Positions 1-12,774 of a stretch of DNA of 64,000 bases are shown here, in pieces. The DNA is taken from NCBI GenBank assembly GCA_028534125.1, contig CM052832.1, positions 24,616,001 through 24,680,000 of the forward strand, read 5' to 3'. The notes beneath the pieces were generated by a model. The model was given only the letters and a program-made list of their open reading frames with translations, ran no database searches and was not told the DNA's origin. Each line of letters starts with the position of its first letter. The stretch's first letter is position 1. A program made the position numbers and the translations under genes. This stretch comes from Lama glama. Lineage: Eukaryota.

Positions 1-9
1 TGAGCACTG

Positions 10-345
10 GTATAATTCCCACCTTAGAGATAAGGAAACTGAGGCACAGCCGGTGGGTGAAGGAGCCAGGGCTCCAACTCTGGCAATTAGGATCCCAAGC
101 CTGTGCCCGCAACGGCCACGATAGGAGGTCATTTGATGCGTGGGAGCAGGTCACTGCTTGGGGAAACTTCCTTTGAGGTTCTCCAGCCTGCGTGCTAGAG
201 AATGCAATTCCCTAACAACCCCGTGAAACAGAGCTCACTGTCGCCTCCGTTTTCTTGAAGAGGAAACCAAAGCTTCGCAAGTTGAATGCCTTCCCTAAAG
301 TCACCAGTCACCGAATGCCAAAAGCCAGAAGTCTAGCCCAGGTTG
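10..345. mobile_element. Two MIR fragments
   Basis: MIR core-like agataaggaaactgaggcacag and gaagaggaaaccaaagct...aaagtcac; boundaries approximate. Confidence 0.55.
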
Positions 346-1944
346 ACTCTGTGACGTCAGAGTCAACCATCTGCTGACCGCCCGGCAGTAAGAGCCGTGG
401 CAGAACGTGCTGGATGTCTCTAAGTGCACAGGATGAGCAAGGTCCGTCTTCTCTTTAGTGTTTGACCAGCTTTTCATTGTAACCTCCCTTCCTTGCATAT
501 CCAAAAAGTCCTGCCTGGAGAGGGATTCCCTTCTTCCCAGACCCCAAATTAAATAAAAGAATAGAAAGCCATCCCTGATGTCTCCTGCTGAATCCTGTCG
601 ATTTGTCAGTGTGCCTCAATAGGAGGGCGGTGGCACCCTTCCAGGGAGCGTAGAGGATGTCCTTACTGAGTGAACACCTGATTAAGTTAACAGTGCTGAG
701 CCAGGGCGAGGAGGAGCGGTTTGGCAGCCAAATTTCTGGCAGCTCATTCAGCGTCCTTAATATTCCACCGGCTTCGTGCCGGGCCCCGTGTGAGCCCCCC
801 GAGGGCGGCTGTGGTGATCACTCAGCGTTTTGATGGAAAACAGCTGCAGGTAGCGAGCCATTCCCATGGTCCGTTTTGCTGGTGATTGGAAACGACGCAG
901 GGGCATCTTGGATGCCACTGCGCAGCCTCACGCTGGATTAAAAAAACAATAATAATAAAGGTAGAAAGTAGGTTTCCCACTTGCTCTGTTTTTCAAAATG
1001 AGCCGTTCATCTTTGGAGGGTCAGAACTCAGCCACCCATTCAGTGAGTGTGAGTCATACCCCTAATTTTAAAACAAACATTTCAGAGCGAATTCTTACCC
1101 TGGCTGATGGTTCCAGCTCGTCTCCCTGTTCTTTCTACGCTTGATCTAGGCTGGTTTTAATAAAATTGTTGTCTTTGTAAATAGATACTCCGTCCAGCAA
1201 ACCCAAAGACGATCAGCAGCATTGCCTTGGGATTAAGGGGCGGACCGTCTGGACACGGTTTTGGGCAACAGACTGTGGGTTTTTAGGGGCCTTCCCGTGC
1301 GGCACGCATCCCTAACAGTGTCTCACACAGCGTACATTTACTTCTTGCTACGGGAAGTGTCCGGGATTCATCATCTCACATGAGAATTTGTGTGAGACAT
1401 GGAATCTCCAAGTGCAAGTGCCTTTCGGATACACCGTATTTCTTGTCCCTCTGTCATGAGTTCCCTTTCTGATCCAACACTGAACGATGACATCCAGAAA
1501 TTTAGAAGATCCAGAAACGCTTTGCCTTTTAGTAGCCAACTTCCAAGGGAGACCGGACAGCAGTAGACAGGCACAGGGTAAGAACAGTAAAGCAGAAAGA
1601 GGAAGGAACCCAGCCCTAGAATCCCACGGTGTTAAGAAATTCTGCCTGCGTCCAGCACAGGGAGTTTGCAGTCTCATGAGAAAGATGCATGAAAATAAAT
1701 TAAAAAAAAAATACAGCGACCACATTGTCTAAGAGCTGGCGAGCCTCGAAGAAGGAAGGGCTGGATGTGCAGCATGGCAGTGGTCGTGAGTGGCTTTGTC
1801 GAGATTTTAGGAATGATTACAAAGGGAAGTCGCCGTCAGGGGCCCACTGTGGCAAAGGCGTGGAGGAGGTGGCAGCGTTAGCCTGGGTGGGGGCTGCAGA
1901 CAGTCCCAGGATGGGGTGTGTATGTGATGAGGCATCTTGTGAAT

Positions 1945-2445
1945 TTGCCTGTTCTGGGTACCGCATGTAAGTGGAATCGTGCAATGTTTGTCCTTTTGTG
2001 TCTGGCTTCTTCCTCTTAGCGTAACATTTTGTGAAGTGATCTGAGAGCCGATGTCAGAGTTTCATTCAGTCCACTGAATGGATAGACCCCGTTCTGTTTA
2101 TCCGTTTCTCTGTTGACAGACACTCAGGTTGTTCCTCCCGTTTGTCTGCTGTGAGTGATGGTGTTGCGCGCGTTGCCACACAGTATCTGTTTGAGTCCCT
2201 GCTTTCGGTTCCTTGGGGTCTATCGGCAGAAGTGGGATTGCCGGGTCAGATGGTAATTCTATGTTTAACTCTTTGAGGAGCTGCCAGGCTTTTCCAAAGC
2301 AGCTGCACCATTTCACATTCCCAGCAGGGATGCACAAGTGTTCCGGTGTCTCCACATCCTCACTGACATTTGTTATTTATCTGTGTTTCTTTTAAATAAT
2401 GGCCATCCTGACGGATGTGAAGTGGTATCTCATGGTGGATGTGTA
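1945..2445 (-). mobile_element. L1M (L1MB-like) ORF2-end/3'UTR fragment
   Basis: The - strand peptide GNVKWCSCFGKAWQLLKELNIELPSDPAIPLL resembles the L1 ORF2 C-terminus; typical gtggaatc...tctggcttctt motif. Confidence 0.8.
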
Positions 2446-2592
2446 ATTTATTTTTAAAGTGCAGTTAAGGGAGGCGAGGACACCATTTTTATGCTGGCAG
2501 GGGTGGGGCCAAGGGCTGGAGGCTGTATTTAAACATCACAGACTTCCTGCCGGGGGTGATAGACTTCAAAGCGGACTTAACGATCACCTATA

Positions 2593-2740
2593 CCAGGGGT
2601 GCTTCCCCCAGCTGCACATTTTTTAATGCCAGTGCTGGCCTCCACCTTCAGGGGCTCTGATTCAGGTGGTCTGGGGTGAGTCTGGACATAGGTATTATTT
2701 TTTAAAGTTCCCCCGGTGAGTCCGCTGTGCAGCCAGGATT
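2593..2740. mobile_element. MER5-like hAT-Charlie MITE
   Basis: ctgattcaggtggtctggggtg...ttaaagttccccggtgagtccgctgtgcagccagg. Confidence 0.55.
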
Positions 2741-3399
2741 GACTTCTTCATCTGCAGGTGAGGAGGGCAAAGCACTGAGACTAAGGCTCCCGGGTTTCCT
2801 GTCTCTCCACCCAGAGCCGCTGCCACTGAGACGTTCATTGTTCAGCAAGACTGTCACAGGCCCACACGCAGCATCCTCAGGGCTGTGGGGGTGGCACTTC
2901 CTCAAAACTCTGGAGAGCCAGAGGTGAAGCCCAGCCCTCCCTTTAGTCCACTGAGACGTTCAGCATCCCCGGGGCCAGAGGAGATTCCTAGTAAGTCACG
3001 TCTCAGTCTGCTGCGGGGAAGACTGAGACACCGGCAAGTCAGCTGACCGGCTGTCCCCGCTGCTCCAACACTTGGAACTCTGCACCCAGAAAAGTGACAC
3101 CCTCAGTGCTCCTTACGTGTGTGTGCCACGGGGTCACTCCCATGAGGAGGCTTTCTCTGTGAGGGCCCAGCCCAGATCAGATTACACCGGGCTGTATGTT
3201 CCCCTCCCTCTTGCGGGTCCACGCATCTGCCTGGCCACTGGCCACTGCTTTGGGGCATATGAATTCGGATTGATCTAGTCCTTGGTTCGTGTTACATTCT
3301 TATCCTTTAACCCTGATGGCCTTTATTATGCTTATTTTATTACGTGATCTATTTTAGTTTAAGCATTGAACCATCGTGAGCTATAAGAAGGAGTTTATG

Positions 3400-4022
3400 A
3401 TCCACTTACAGAGGTAGAGAACAGTTCCCACGAGACTGCCCTCACTTCTGACACCAGTTACAAGTTGTGGGAGGAGGGGTTCCCCAAAGCAGCCTCAGTT
3501 TCGGCAGCTCATTAGAAGGGCTCCCAGAGCTCACTGAAAGCTGTTACACTCATGGTTACAATTTACTGCAGAGAAGGATACAGATTAAAATCAACCAAGG
3601 AGGAGGCATATAGGGCAGAGGTCTGGAGGGTTCCGAACACAGGGCTTCCAGGCATCCTCTGCTTGCGGGGAGCAGCCCTGAAGTACGACAGTGAATGAGG
3701 AGGCCACCAGGGGGGCTACCTGAGCCCCCGTGTCTAGAGATTTTACTGGAGCTCAGCCACACACCGCCCGCGTGCTGACATCCCCAGCTCCACCCCAAGG
3801 TTGGCTGAGTGCTTTTAGTCACTGGTTCCTCCAGACATTGCAACCGATACCGCATGGGGCCCAAAGCCCCCATCATAAATCTCATTGTAGACTGGTGGCC
3901 AAAGCCCCCAGGCGAACAGACATACTCCTATCAGACAGCACATTCCAGCCGCCTCAAGATCACCTCCCAGGAGCCAAGGGCAAAGGCCAGAACTCTTTGG
4001 ATGAGGTTAACCCTGCACCACA
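3400..4022. mobile_element. MER21-like solo LTR (ERVL class)
   Basis: gactgccctcacttctgacacca...gaaagctgttacactcatggttac...ggatacagattaaaatcaaccaagg resembles MER21C as recalled. Confidence 0.65.
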
Positions 4023-7000
4023 TCCCAGCAGATCCACTGCATAACCCAGGAACTGGAGCTCAGGTGTTTGTATCAGATGAGCCAAGGTGTCTGTCTTCTG
4101 CCATCCATGTAACCTGAAGGGGGTCACTTAACAGGCTGAGGCTCAGTGTCCTCATCTTTACAAGGGACGTCTTACCCCGGTTGTTGCTTGGATGACAGCG
4201 TTGCTGCAGTCAACACAAGGAGAGCCGCGGGGGCTTCCATCACACCTGCTTTGCCTTAAGACGCTGGGTCCCAGGAGGACTCAGGGCCTTTGCCATCAAG
4301 AGGACGGAAGAGTTGTAGTGTCCCAGAGACTGGAAAACGCCACCGGGGAACTTCCAAGAGGAAGGACTGGTTAGTTTATGATTATCCGGAGCCTCCCATG
4401 TCCTTTCCACGCGGCCACGTCAAGGCCAGTGGATGCCTCACGACCCTCTCAGAATACCTCGGTTCCAGAGAGGCATTTTTCTGACTTGATGGAGGTTTTC
4501 ATATTGTCTGTTTGTAAACGTGGGCTATCTCACCTCCCGAAGCTCCAGCCCCCTGGTAGCTGGTGGAATGTAACTAAGCCTCCTCCAGCCACTGCTGGCC
4601 CGGCACTTTGTGGCATGTAGCAGAGCCGATGAGAGTGTGTGAGCGGACAGCTGGCAGCCTTCCCCGTGGGCTGTGGAGAGCAGATCCTGTGTCTCCTCAG
4701 CAGGCCTTGGGGAACTCGGCATCTAAGTATTGTGGGAGAGCAGGCAGGGTGGACCCAGGGCCCGTTGCCCTTAACCCTTACCAAGACGCGCTGAGCATTG
4801 CACCTTGCCGTTGATTCTTTCGAGCTTTTTGGTGTGAATGGGGGATTGTGCGTTGGGAACTGTTATAAATAGAATCCTTTCTATCAGCTGAAGAAAGAAA
4901 ATAAATTCTCAAACATCCAGGACTTTCTCTTTAGTGTAAATCACAGGTGTGAGGGAAAAAAACCAGAAAACAGATATGCTGGAAAGGATTGAGGGTTTTG
5001 AAGGTATTGTGTTGATCGGATCACGGAACCAGGACAGAAGGGCCGCAAGTCAGTGCGGGTGAAAACCAGGGGATCGTGAGGAGACCTGCCGAATTCCGGT
5101 CAGGACGACCGCCACTCACTGAGCGCGCGCAGTATGCCGGGCGCAGGCATGCGACTTCCTCCCGACTGTATAGGCAGAGGTAGTAACTACAAGATTTCAC
5201 ATGGTTGAAATACCTCCCTAAGCTGGATGCATGTATAATTTGGAGTAACATAAAAATCACGTTAAAAGAAAGACAAGGATTCCACAGGCAGTCGGAGTGA
5301 AGCCAGGTTTTGAACTTGTATGCCACCTGAAACCACAGCCGCCCCTTTGTGCTGCTCTGTGTCCTCCTCACTGGTACTAGTAAGACTCTTAATGTGCGAC
5401 CTTCCTATCAGTATTACTACTAATAATATTTTATCCTGATGTTCCAAATACGCCGATGGATGTGAATGCTTAATGACAGCTGACTGCAGTGCTAAGGACC
5501 TTAAATTGAAAGTAAAAAAAATGAGAGTCTCATCTCCTCATCCCACATCTAACCATGTTACTATGGCCGGTTCTTTGCCTCTTGTCCCAGTGGTCTGTCT
5601 GTCCTTCCTTAAAGCAATTCACCCAGGAGCGGGATAAGAACCCCTGAGGACGGGGTGGTGGAAAGTACCTTCAGCCAGAGTGGTGGATAAACAGAGATCT
5701 GGGTGCCTGGGGAGCTGACCCGACCCGGCACACAGGACACTTGAGAGCAGAAAGGTATTTATTTGCTTATGTATTGAACCAGGGAAGGTCTTGACAGAAA
5801 GGCATTTCCAGCTTTTCTTAAAAACTCAAACACAACGTCTCTCGGACAATTCATGTGGGAGCGGTTCTGATCCAGATGGTTCTCCCTCCAAGTGATTACT
5901 TTTCCGTCTTGAGCCTTTCCAGGAATCCCAGCACAGGCAGGCTGCCAGGGGACACTGGCTGCCCAGATGCTGCAGCCATGTCGCACGTGAGCCGGCCCCA
6001 GGGGGAGCCCCGGCCAGCTGTGGGCCTCGGCCCTCTGCCCTCCCCCTCAGGCCCGACCTCCTGTGGACGCAGACATGGGCCATGTCCCCCATGCAGTGGA
6101 CGCCACCCGCAGAACAGATCTCCCTGTGTTTTCAGAGGTGGCCAGACGCGCTAGAAACACCCCCGGCGCCGCTCCTCTCGCGTGGACCAGATAGGCTAAC
6201 AGTGGTGCGTCCTGCCGAATCCCCGTCAGCATCCCTGTCAAGGCCTTTAACCAGAACAGTGGCTCTGCGTCACTCTGCTGCCCCCAGAACTTCCCCCAGC
6301 CAGGGAGCACCCAAATGTGGCTGCGTTCTTATGGGTGGATTTAAATTTTTTAATTATCGCATTACATGTAGTCATTGCATTCATGGCTCCCAGATCTACA
6401 GATGAACAGGGCTCCCCTCCAAACTTATTCCTGGTGCTAGTAATATACAGAAGGGGCCTGTTTGCCCCCGCCGGTCCCCGTCCCACTGGGATCCCAGCTG
6501 TCTGCGGGAGTGGCAGGTGCCCGCCTCTAAGGACAGCCCTGTGTGGTATGCATCACGGCGCTGACCGAGGGGTCCTGCACCCTGATGCAGACCTGAGCTC
6601 GCAGCTGTTGTGTGATGTTGGAGGGAGACAGAGCTTGTTCACGCCGCAGGGTGGTGTCCGCGGTTCCCCACGTCTGACCCGTGCAGGATCCCCCTCTGGG
6701 TTTTTAGCTCTGCTGGGAGCCGGATCACCATCAGGTGGGCACATTGAGCTTGGTGCTGTGTGGTGCTAAGGGTCCCGGGCTCGCTTGCCTGTGAAGTCGG
6801 AAGAGCTTGATCTCCTTTCTTTACCCAACTCAGCCTCTAACACTGAGTGCCACGCCCCCAAGCCCACGATTAGTGCCATGTGGGGCCCAGGGCCGCCCTG
6901 GGCATGGTCTCTCCCGCTCATCCCTATGGGTTCTGCCTCTTTCCCACCTGAGGCCATCAGCTGGAGTCTCCAGACTCTGCCTCAACGCTTGGGAGACACA

Positions 7001-7071
7001 GGGATCCCTACCTCATGAGACGGCCTGGCCCATTTTAAGTGTTCTGATTACTTTCTCATTTCTTGCGTATA

Positions 7072-7293
7072 CAGTCATCCCTCAGCATCCATGGGGATTG
7101 GTTCCAGGAGCTCCCATGTGTACTACTAGATACAGGTGCTCAAGACCCATAGCTGGCCCTCTGTGTAGATGGTTTTGTATCCATGGATTCAACCAACCAC
7201 AGATTGCATAGTACTGTAGAGTATTTACTGAAAAAACTCCGCATGTGAGTAGGACCTGTGCAGTTCAAGCCCATGTTCTTCAAGCGTCAGCTG
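7072..7293. mobile_element. TcMar-Tigger MITE (MER8/MER2-like)
   Basis: TA then cagtcatccctc...ggggattggttccagga at the left end; ggacctgtgcagttcaagcccatgttcttcaagcgtcagctg at the right end (TIR-like). Confidence 0.75.
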
Positions 7294-8979
7294 TGTACCA
7301 GTGTATTTTGGAGCTCAGTTCTTTTCTCCTGCCTTCCACGGGCGGCCCTGTAGGGATCTGAGCATCGCACCTCTGCTCCAGCTCTTTCCATCCTTCCCCA
7401 GACCACGCCCTCCAGTTGCCTGAGCTGTTACTTGCCTGTCTTGAGTCCAGGCCTCCCACTAACCCCATCACCCCACCCTGGACATGCCCGCCAATGTCCT
7501 CCTGCCTCAGTGCTTTGTGGCTTTACTGTTGCCAAATACTGTGACACTGTTTATTACCTTATTGGGAACATTGTGCTTTTTTTTTTTTAAATGAAGTTTA
7601 CAGTTAACACCAACTTGTAGGCACTATACCTGACTGTTGGTTCATATTGAATGGATAGTCAAACAGAAAATTCCTAGGCTCTTTGATCTGACTTAAGCCC
7701 AATCTCTCTAACCCTGCTACTAGACTGAGTATTGAAACTCAGGGCAGGGCATTTATATTTATTCTTACTAATCTTAATTTCTTTTTTTTTTTTTTTTGGT
7801 TTTGTGCCCTCACTTCTAGCTTTTCAAGATATTTTTGGATATTAATTGCAGTAATACATGGAGCTTCCATTCCAGCTTTCTGTTACCTCTAAATATGATA
7901 ACCAAAATACTAATAAAATGTTGAATAGAACTAAAAATAGAGTTTTGGCATACCATTTGCTCCACACTAACATTGAACAGTTGAGGTCCACTGTATGTAC
8001 TGGAAACAAAGTAAGTGTTTGATGAATGAATATGTGATCCACTTTCTTTGGGGGCATGCTTGTTCAGTCAACCATGAAGGTAACTAATTATCCTATCATC
8101 CAGCCTGTCTTTCTCCATCCTGGAAACCCCAAGGATGTTAGGGTCAGACCTGTTTTTTAATATTTAATGTAAATGGAGTGCCTTCTGCCCTTGCACGACA
8201 CAGGTCTTCCTGTTTAATAATATAGTAAAACAAGAGATTTGCGTGTCAGGACTTGAAGAATCCTTCCTGTGTCCTAGTGACCTCTCCCACCAGGTCCAGG
8301 TGTTCTGTCTCCTCAGTGGTCGTATGGTTTTTCCAGAATTGACCCAAGCTCACCAGGCTGCATTTCCTCCTCTTTGAAACTGAAATCATGCCTTTGCTGT
8401 GCATAGACATACATGCCACACAGTCACGGGTTTCACTCAAGCTGAGGAACTCACAGGATGGAGGGTGCTGGTCAGAGCAACCCGGTTTATGCATTTTAAG
8501 ACTTTATTTATCATATTCTGGGCATGTCTTCCATTCAAAGCAGTTGGTTGTTATTTACACGACTCAGAGTCCGTGGGGATCACTTCTGAAACCATCTTGA
8601 ATCCACGGTAATGGGAGGGCGGGGGTTTCTGAATTCTAGCAAAGATAGATGTATGGGGCTTCCTTAAAGTTTGTTTTTCTTCCTAGCGATGATTGAGTCA
8701 CATATAAAAATTTATGATGATAGCCTTTTTAAAGTGTGTTTTCCCATAGTTTTTGAAGATAGAAAGAACCAGAAAGAAAGGAGCATCTGCTACTTGGAAC
8801 CGCGTTAGGTGGCCAAGGTGACCCCAAAGTCAGCCGCCGAGTTCTACCTGAGTATTAGCTGCTTATGTCCGAGGCTCCATCAGTGCTGTTTGCTGGCAGC
8901 ATCTAGCTTGTTTCCCAGCATCTGCTCCATTAGAAAGAGGCTAGAGATGTTTGCTTTATTCAGGAGCTTCTGGGCACAA

Positions 8980-9130
8980 GCTGAGTGTCTCACACCTCGC
9001 AGTGCATAGGAGTCATCTGGAGATTTTGTTGAAATGCAGGCTCTGAACCAGGAGGTCTGGGTGGGGCCTGAGCTTCTGCATTTCTAAAGCTACTGGGGGA
9101 GCTGGTCTGAGGACCACACTTGGAAGAGCA
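8980..9130. mobile_element. MER5-like hAT MITE
   Basis: gtcatctggagattttgttgaaatgcagg...ggtctgggtggggcctgag...tgcatttctaa...ggaccacacttgg. Confidence 0.55.
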
Positions 9131-9688
9131 AGGCCTTATGTCACTCAGCTAAATTTCCAAATACTGATGGAGAGAGAGAGAGAAATGTAGGTATAAAGAT
9201 GCTAAAGATGAACGTGTTCAGAACAGTGATGATCAGGCAAACCATACTTAGCCAACCCTAAATAAATTCGTCTTGATGCTTTTATTAATTCCTGTTCACT
9301 TTCCTTTTCCTAATCATAATGTTTAAACATACGTTCTGCATATGTGGCTCTTTGATAACAGCATTTCTATAACCACATGTGGCCCCATGTCTCCACGAAA
9401 TCTTTCTGTCGTGGCAGGTACACCCAGAGGTGAGATCTCAGCGACCTGCTGAGCCGCTGGTGTGTTTCAGCGCTGAGATGACAATTAGGGACACAGTGGC
9501 CATTTGTCTACAGCTAGAAAGAGACCCTGAAAGCGGACATCCCGCTCCACTTTTTTCTTCTCTTCTCCCTAGTCTTTCTCTCTCCCATCCTTCTCCCTAC
9601 TGTATTTTCACCTTCATAATTTACCTCTCAATTCTTTTAATCCCGTGAACTATCATCCAGTGTACCAGAGACACGGTGGTGTACTGTG

Positions 9689-9702
9689 GCGCCCTCTCGT
9701 GG
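9689..9702 (-). promoter_or_regulatory. CTCF core motif (CCACGAGAGGGCGC)
   Basis: Close match to the CCASYAGRKGGCRS consensus; motif evidence only. Confidence 0.6.
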
Positions 9703-10504
9703 TTCACTGAAAATACAGCAAGGCACAGTCCCTACCCTCACAATGATTTTCCCCTGGTGGGAGATACAGATAGTACAGAGAGCTAATGAAACACACAGAA
9801 GAGACACATGCCCTGGAATCAAAGAGCCCCGAATCCTCTAAACTGCACTTGTAAATAGGAGATGTGGTCTTTCTAAATCTAAGAGGAGGGTAAGTTGAAA
9901 TTTGTATCAGTCTGGTCCCGGGTCACTCCAGTTAATCTTTGTATCTTTGATTTATCATTAGTCTTAACTGGAAAAGATGTTTATCAGTGGACAGCTTTTC
10001 AGAAGAATACATTTGGATTTATGTGTTAAGGCCAGTATATCTTAGCGGTCCATGAGCAGAAGACCAGCCACGAAGTCTATACTGAGATCTTCCGGGCCCA
10101 CTAAGCCAGTGTCTCTCAAATAAAAGTGTGTACAAACCAAGGCACTATTGAAGAGCAAGCCAGCATTCTTCTTCAAATTCACTAAAGCTGAGTTCTTTTT
10201 TAAAAAGTACCTTCAGCGGGGTTTTCTAGTTTTGTGTCTCATGCATTTGGTCGTACAGACAGTTTTACATTTGCATTGCTAATAGACGTCTTTCGGAATG
10301 TGTTTGACATTTTGGCTTTGAAAGGACTTTTATGCTGCTGTTTTTTCTTCTTCCCTGGAGCTGCCGTGGGCTAATTAACCTATTCCCTTACTGGCTGGGC
10401 TACTATATGCAAATACTCTCATTCCGGATTCTGACATACCCCTCTTGCCTGAACATCCCTAATGAAATCCTGTGAGGTTTTATTAGATCAGTGCTATTGT
10501 AGAG

Positions 10505-10518
10505 CCAGCAGGGGGCGC
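10505..10518 (+). promoter_or_regulatory. CTCF core motif (CCAGCAGGGGGCGC)
   Basis: Perfect consensus match embedded in AT-rich intron, with CpG retained. Confidence 0.7.
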
Positions 10519-12614
10519 GTGGAGCAGTTTGTTTTGAGTCCATTCCCTAAATGACTTTTCTTTGCTAGTCGGTATGGGAATGTCAAAGTGTATACAGTTC
10601 TCTTTCTTAGAGTGACTTGAAATCTAGAGATAAAAGATCGTTATCAGTACTTCTTAAGCAGCCAAAATGGGCAACTGTTTTTGGTTTTTGCAGTTTAATT
10701 TTATTCTATCATTGTTTTGAAAACAGCACTGTCATCTTAATTGATTTGCACTATGGGGTGTAAATTACGTGCGGTATAAGAGATGGCTATGCAGAACATA
10801 GTTATCTGGGACTTACAAAGCCCTAGGTCATGAGGGAAAATAATTGACATTACTCCTTTGACACAGATATTTCTTCAGCGTTAATATTCTAGATCTTCTT
10901 CTTTTGTTTGTTTTTTTGTTTCCATCCCAGTCTTGAAAGTGCCTCCCTTGTCATGTAAGATGCCTTATTCTTAAGGAAATGCCCTTTGGATTGAGATACC
11001 AGATTTCTAAATCTCTACCTTCCTGAATACCTGGTCACATACCTTCACAACTGTGAAGGATGGAGAACTTTTGTGTATGTCATTTGTCCTTTCACCATAA
11101 TGTTCATTAATGATGTGGAACTAAACCAACAAGGGCCACTAAATCATTGGCCAAAAATAAAAAATTTCAGATGAGGGTGGGGAAGTGTAAGCTGTCAAGC
11201 AGAGATGTGGGACGAGCTGGTGCAGGGAGGGGGGAGCACAGGGTGGCAGAGAGAAAAGGGCTGTGTTATAAGTAAGGGGCATTGCCATCGCCTCGGTGTG
11301 GACAAGGTTCAAATGCCAGAGACTGCTGCCTGCTTGTGTTTGTTTTAACCTCAGACCGTAGAGAAGGGGGGTCTGGGTAGGAGAAATGCTAAAACTCGGG
11401 GCCTGGGGTTCCCAGAGCCCCGTCCCCCGGCTTCCCGGGGTCACAGCACCTGACATTCATTGCCCACGGCGGCGGCAGCTGCACCCGCCCATAGGCAGCC
11501 CTCACATCTGCTGCCTGTTAGCCTGGTTCCTGATGGTTCCACTGATGATCGCCTCTTGCCAGGTGGACGTCTGTCTGCCCGTGGTCACTTGGAGTGAGGT
11601 GGTTCCTGAAAGACTGAGACATGTGTCCATGTAAAGTGGCTCCAGGCTCACTACTTGGATGTCCAGGTGGAAACACACAGGCCTGATTTTGGTTGGGCAG
11701 AGGTTTCATCTCTGGGGTTAAGAGTGGATTGGCCTTTTCCAAGGAGAAAGGGATGGAGAGTGTAGAGAGAAAATTCAAAGACCACTTGTAAAGAAAAAGA
11801 AGAGGTAGGCGTGAAGCAAGCATGTCACCCTCATTCAGGGCACCCTCAGTGCATCATCCTGATGATTCCATTTTTTAAAACCGTTACCTCATTGGTGTTT
11901 TAACTGTCTCACAGATTCCTTTTGGCTTTCTGTTACCATATGAGTAGCTGTACTGGGAACTGTTTGGAAACTTGTGGAGAACAGGGTTATTTGGGGCTGC
12001 ATCTGCTGAGTTGGCCTGTGTGTGTGTTGGGGAAGAGAGATTCCAGGTAGATTCAGGAATGGACCCAGAGTCAGAGGAATCTTTAAGTAGTGCTGGTGGT
12101 AGAGGAGGAACCATAGATAACACAGGAGTCCCCGGTTCCTAACTTTGTCCTCCCAGTGCCCGGCTCAGAGGGCAGGTCCTGCAGGCCTTCACTGGTCCTC
12201 ATCCTCCTTGTGGGCTTCCTTTTAATTGTCCAGTGAGGTAGCAAAGAGATGAGGAGTGGGACCAGCATTTCTGCAAGGGAAACTAAGAAACTTCTCTATC
12301 TGCCCTCTAAAAAGAAGAGAAAAAAAAAAAAGAAGAAGAAGAAGAAGAGAGGGTATTGAGAGAGATGTCTTAGGAGAGTTGCCAAATCCATCCAAAGGTT
12401 TCAGCTTGCTCCGTGTCTTCATAATCTTCCCGATGTGCTATCCAACACGGCCAGCCTTTGCCCTGCTCTGACACTGGGGCTCATGGAGGGTGTTTGGAAT
12501 TCCCACTGAAATCAGAAGCCTAGTGTTACTGTCGCGCAGGGCGGTCTTTTCCGGTGCTCAAGTTCTGATTCCCTCTCCCTTCTTCCCCTTGTCCCCATCC
12601 TTTCATTTTCCCAG

Positions 12615-12774
12615 ATTCCAGAGAGGCTGCTGGCGGATCGCACCCGCGGGGAGATGATTCCTCATGAAGAGCCTGGATCCCCTACCGAAATCAAATGTGA
12701 CTTTCCGTTTATCAGACTAAAACCAGAGCCCGCCAGACAGTGAAACAGTCACCGTGGAGGGGGGACGGCGAAAA
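12615..12774 (+). other. ATXN1: 5'UTR portion of the ATXN1 first coding exon, containing three uATGs
   Basis: Lies between a polypyrimidine/AG acceptor (ends 12614) and the main ATG at 12775. Confidence 0.85.

Noticed and set aside
3704..3717. CTCF-like CCACCAGGGGGGCT inside the LTR
   Set aside because: An extra G displaces the conserved GGC; much weaker than the three sites reported
12311..12350. A/GAA purine run upstream of the ATXN1 acceptor
   Set aside because: Only about five GAA units; ordinary low-complexity sequence
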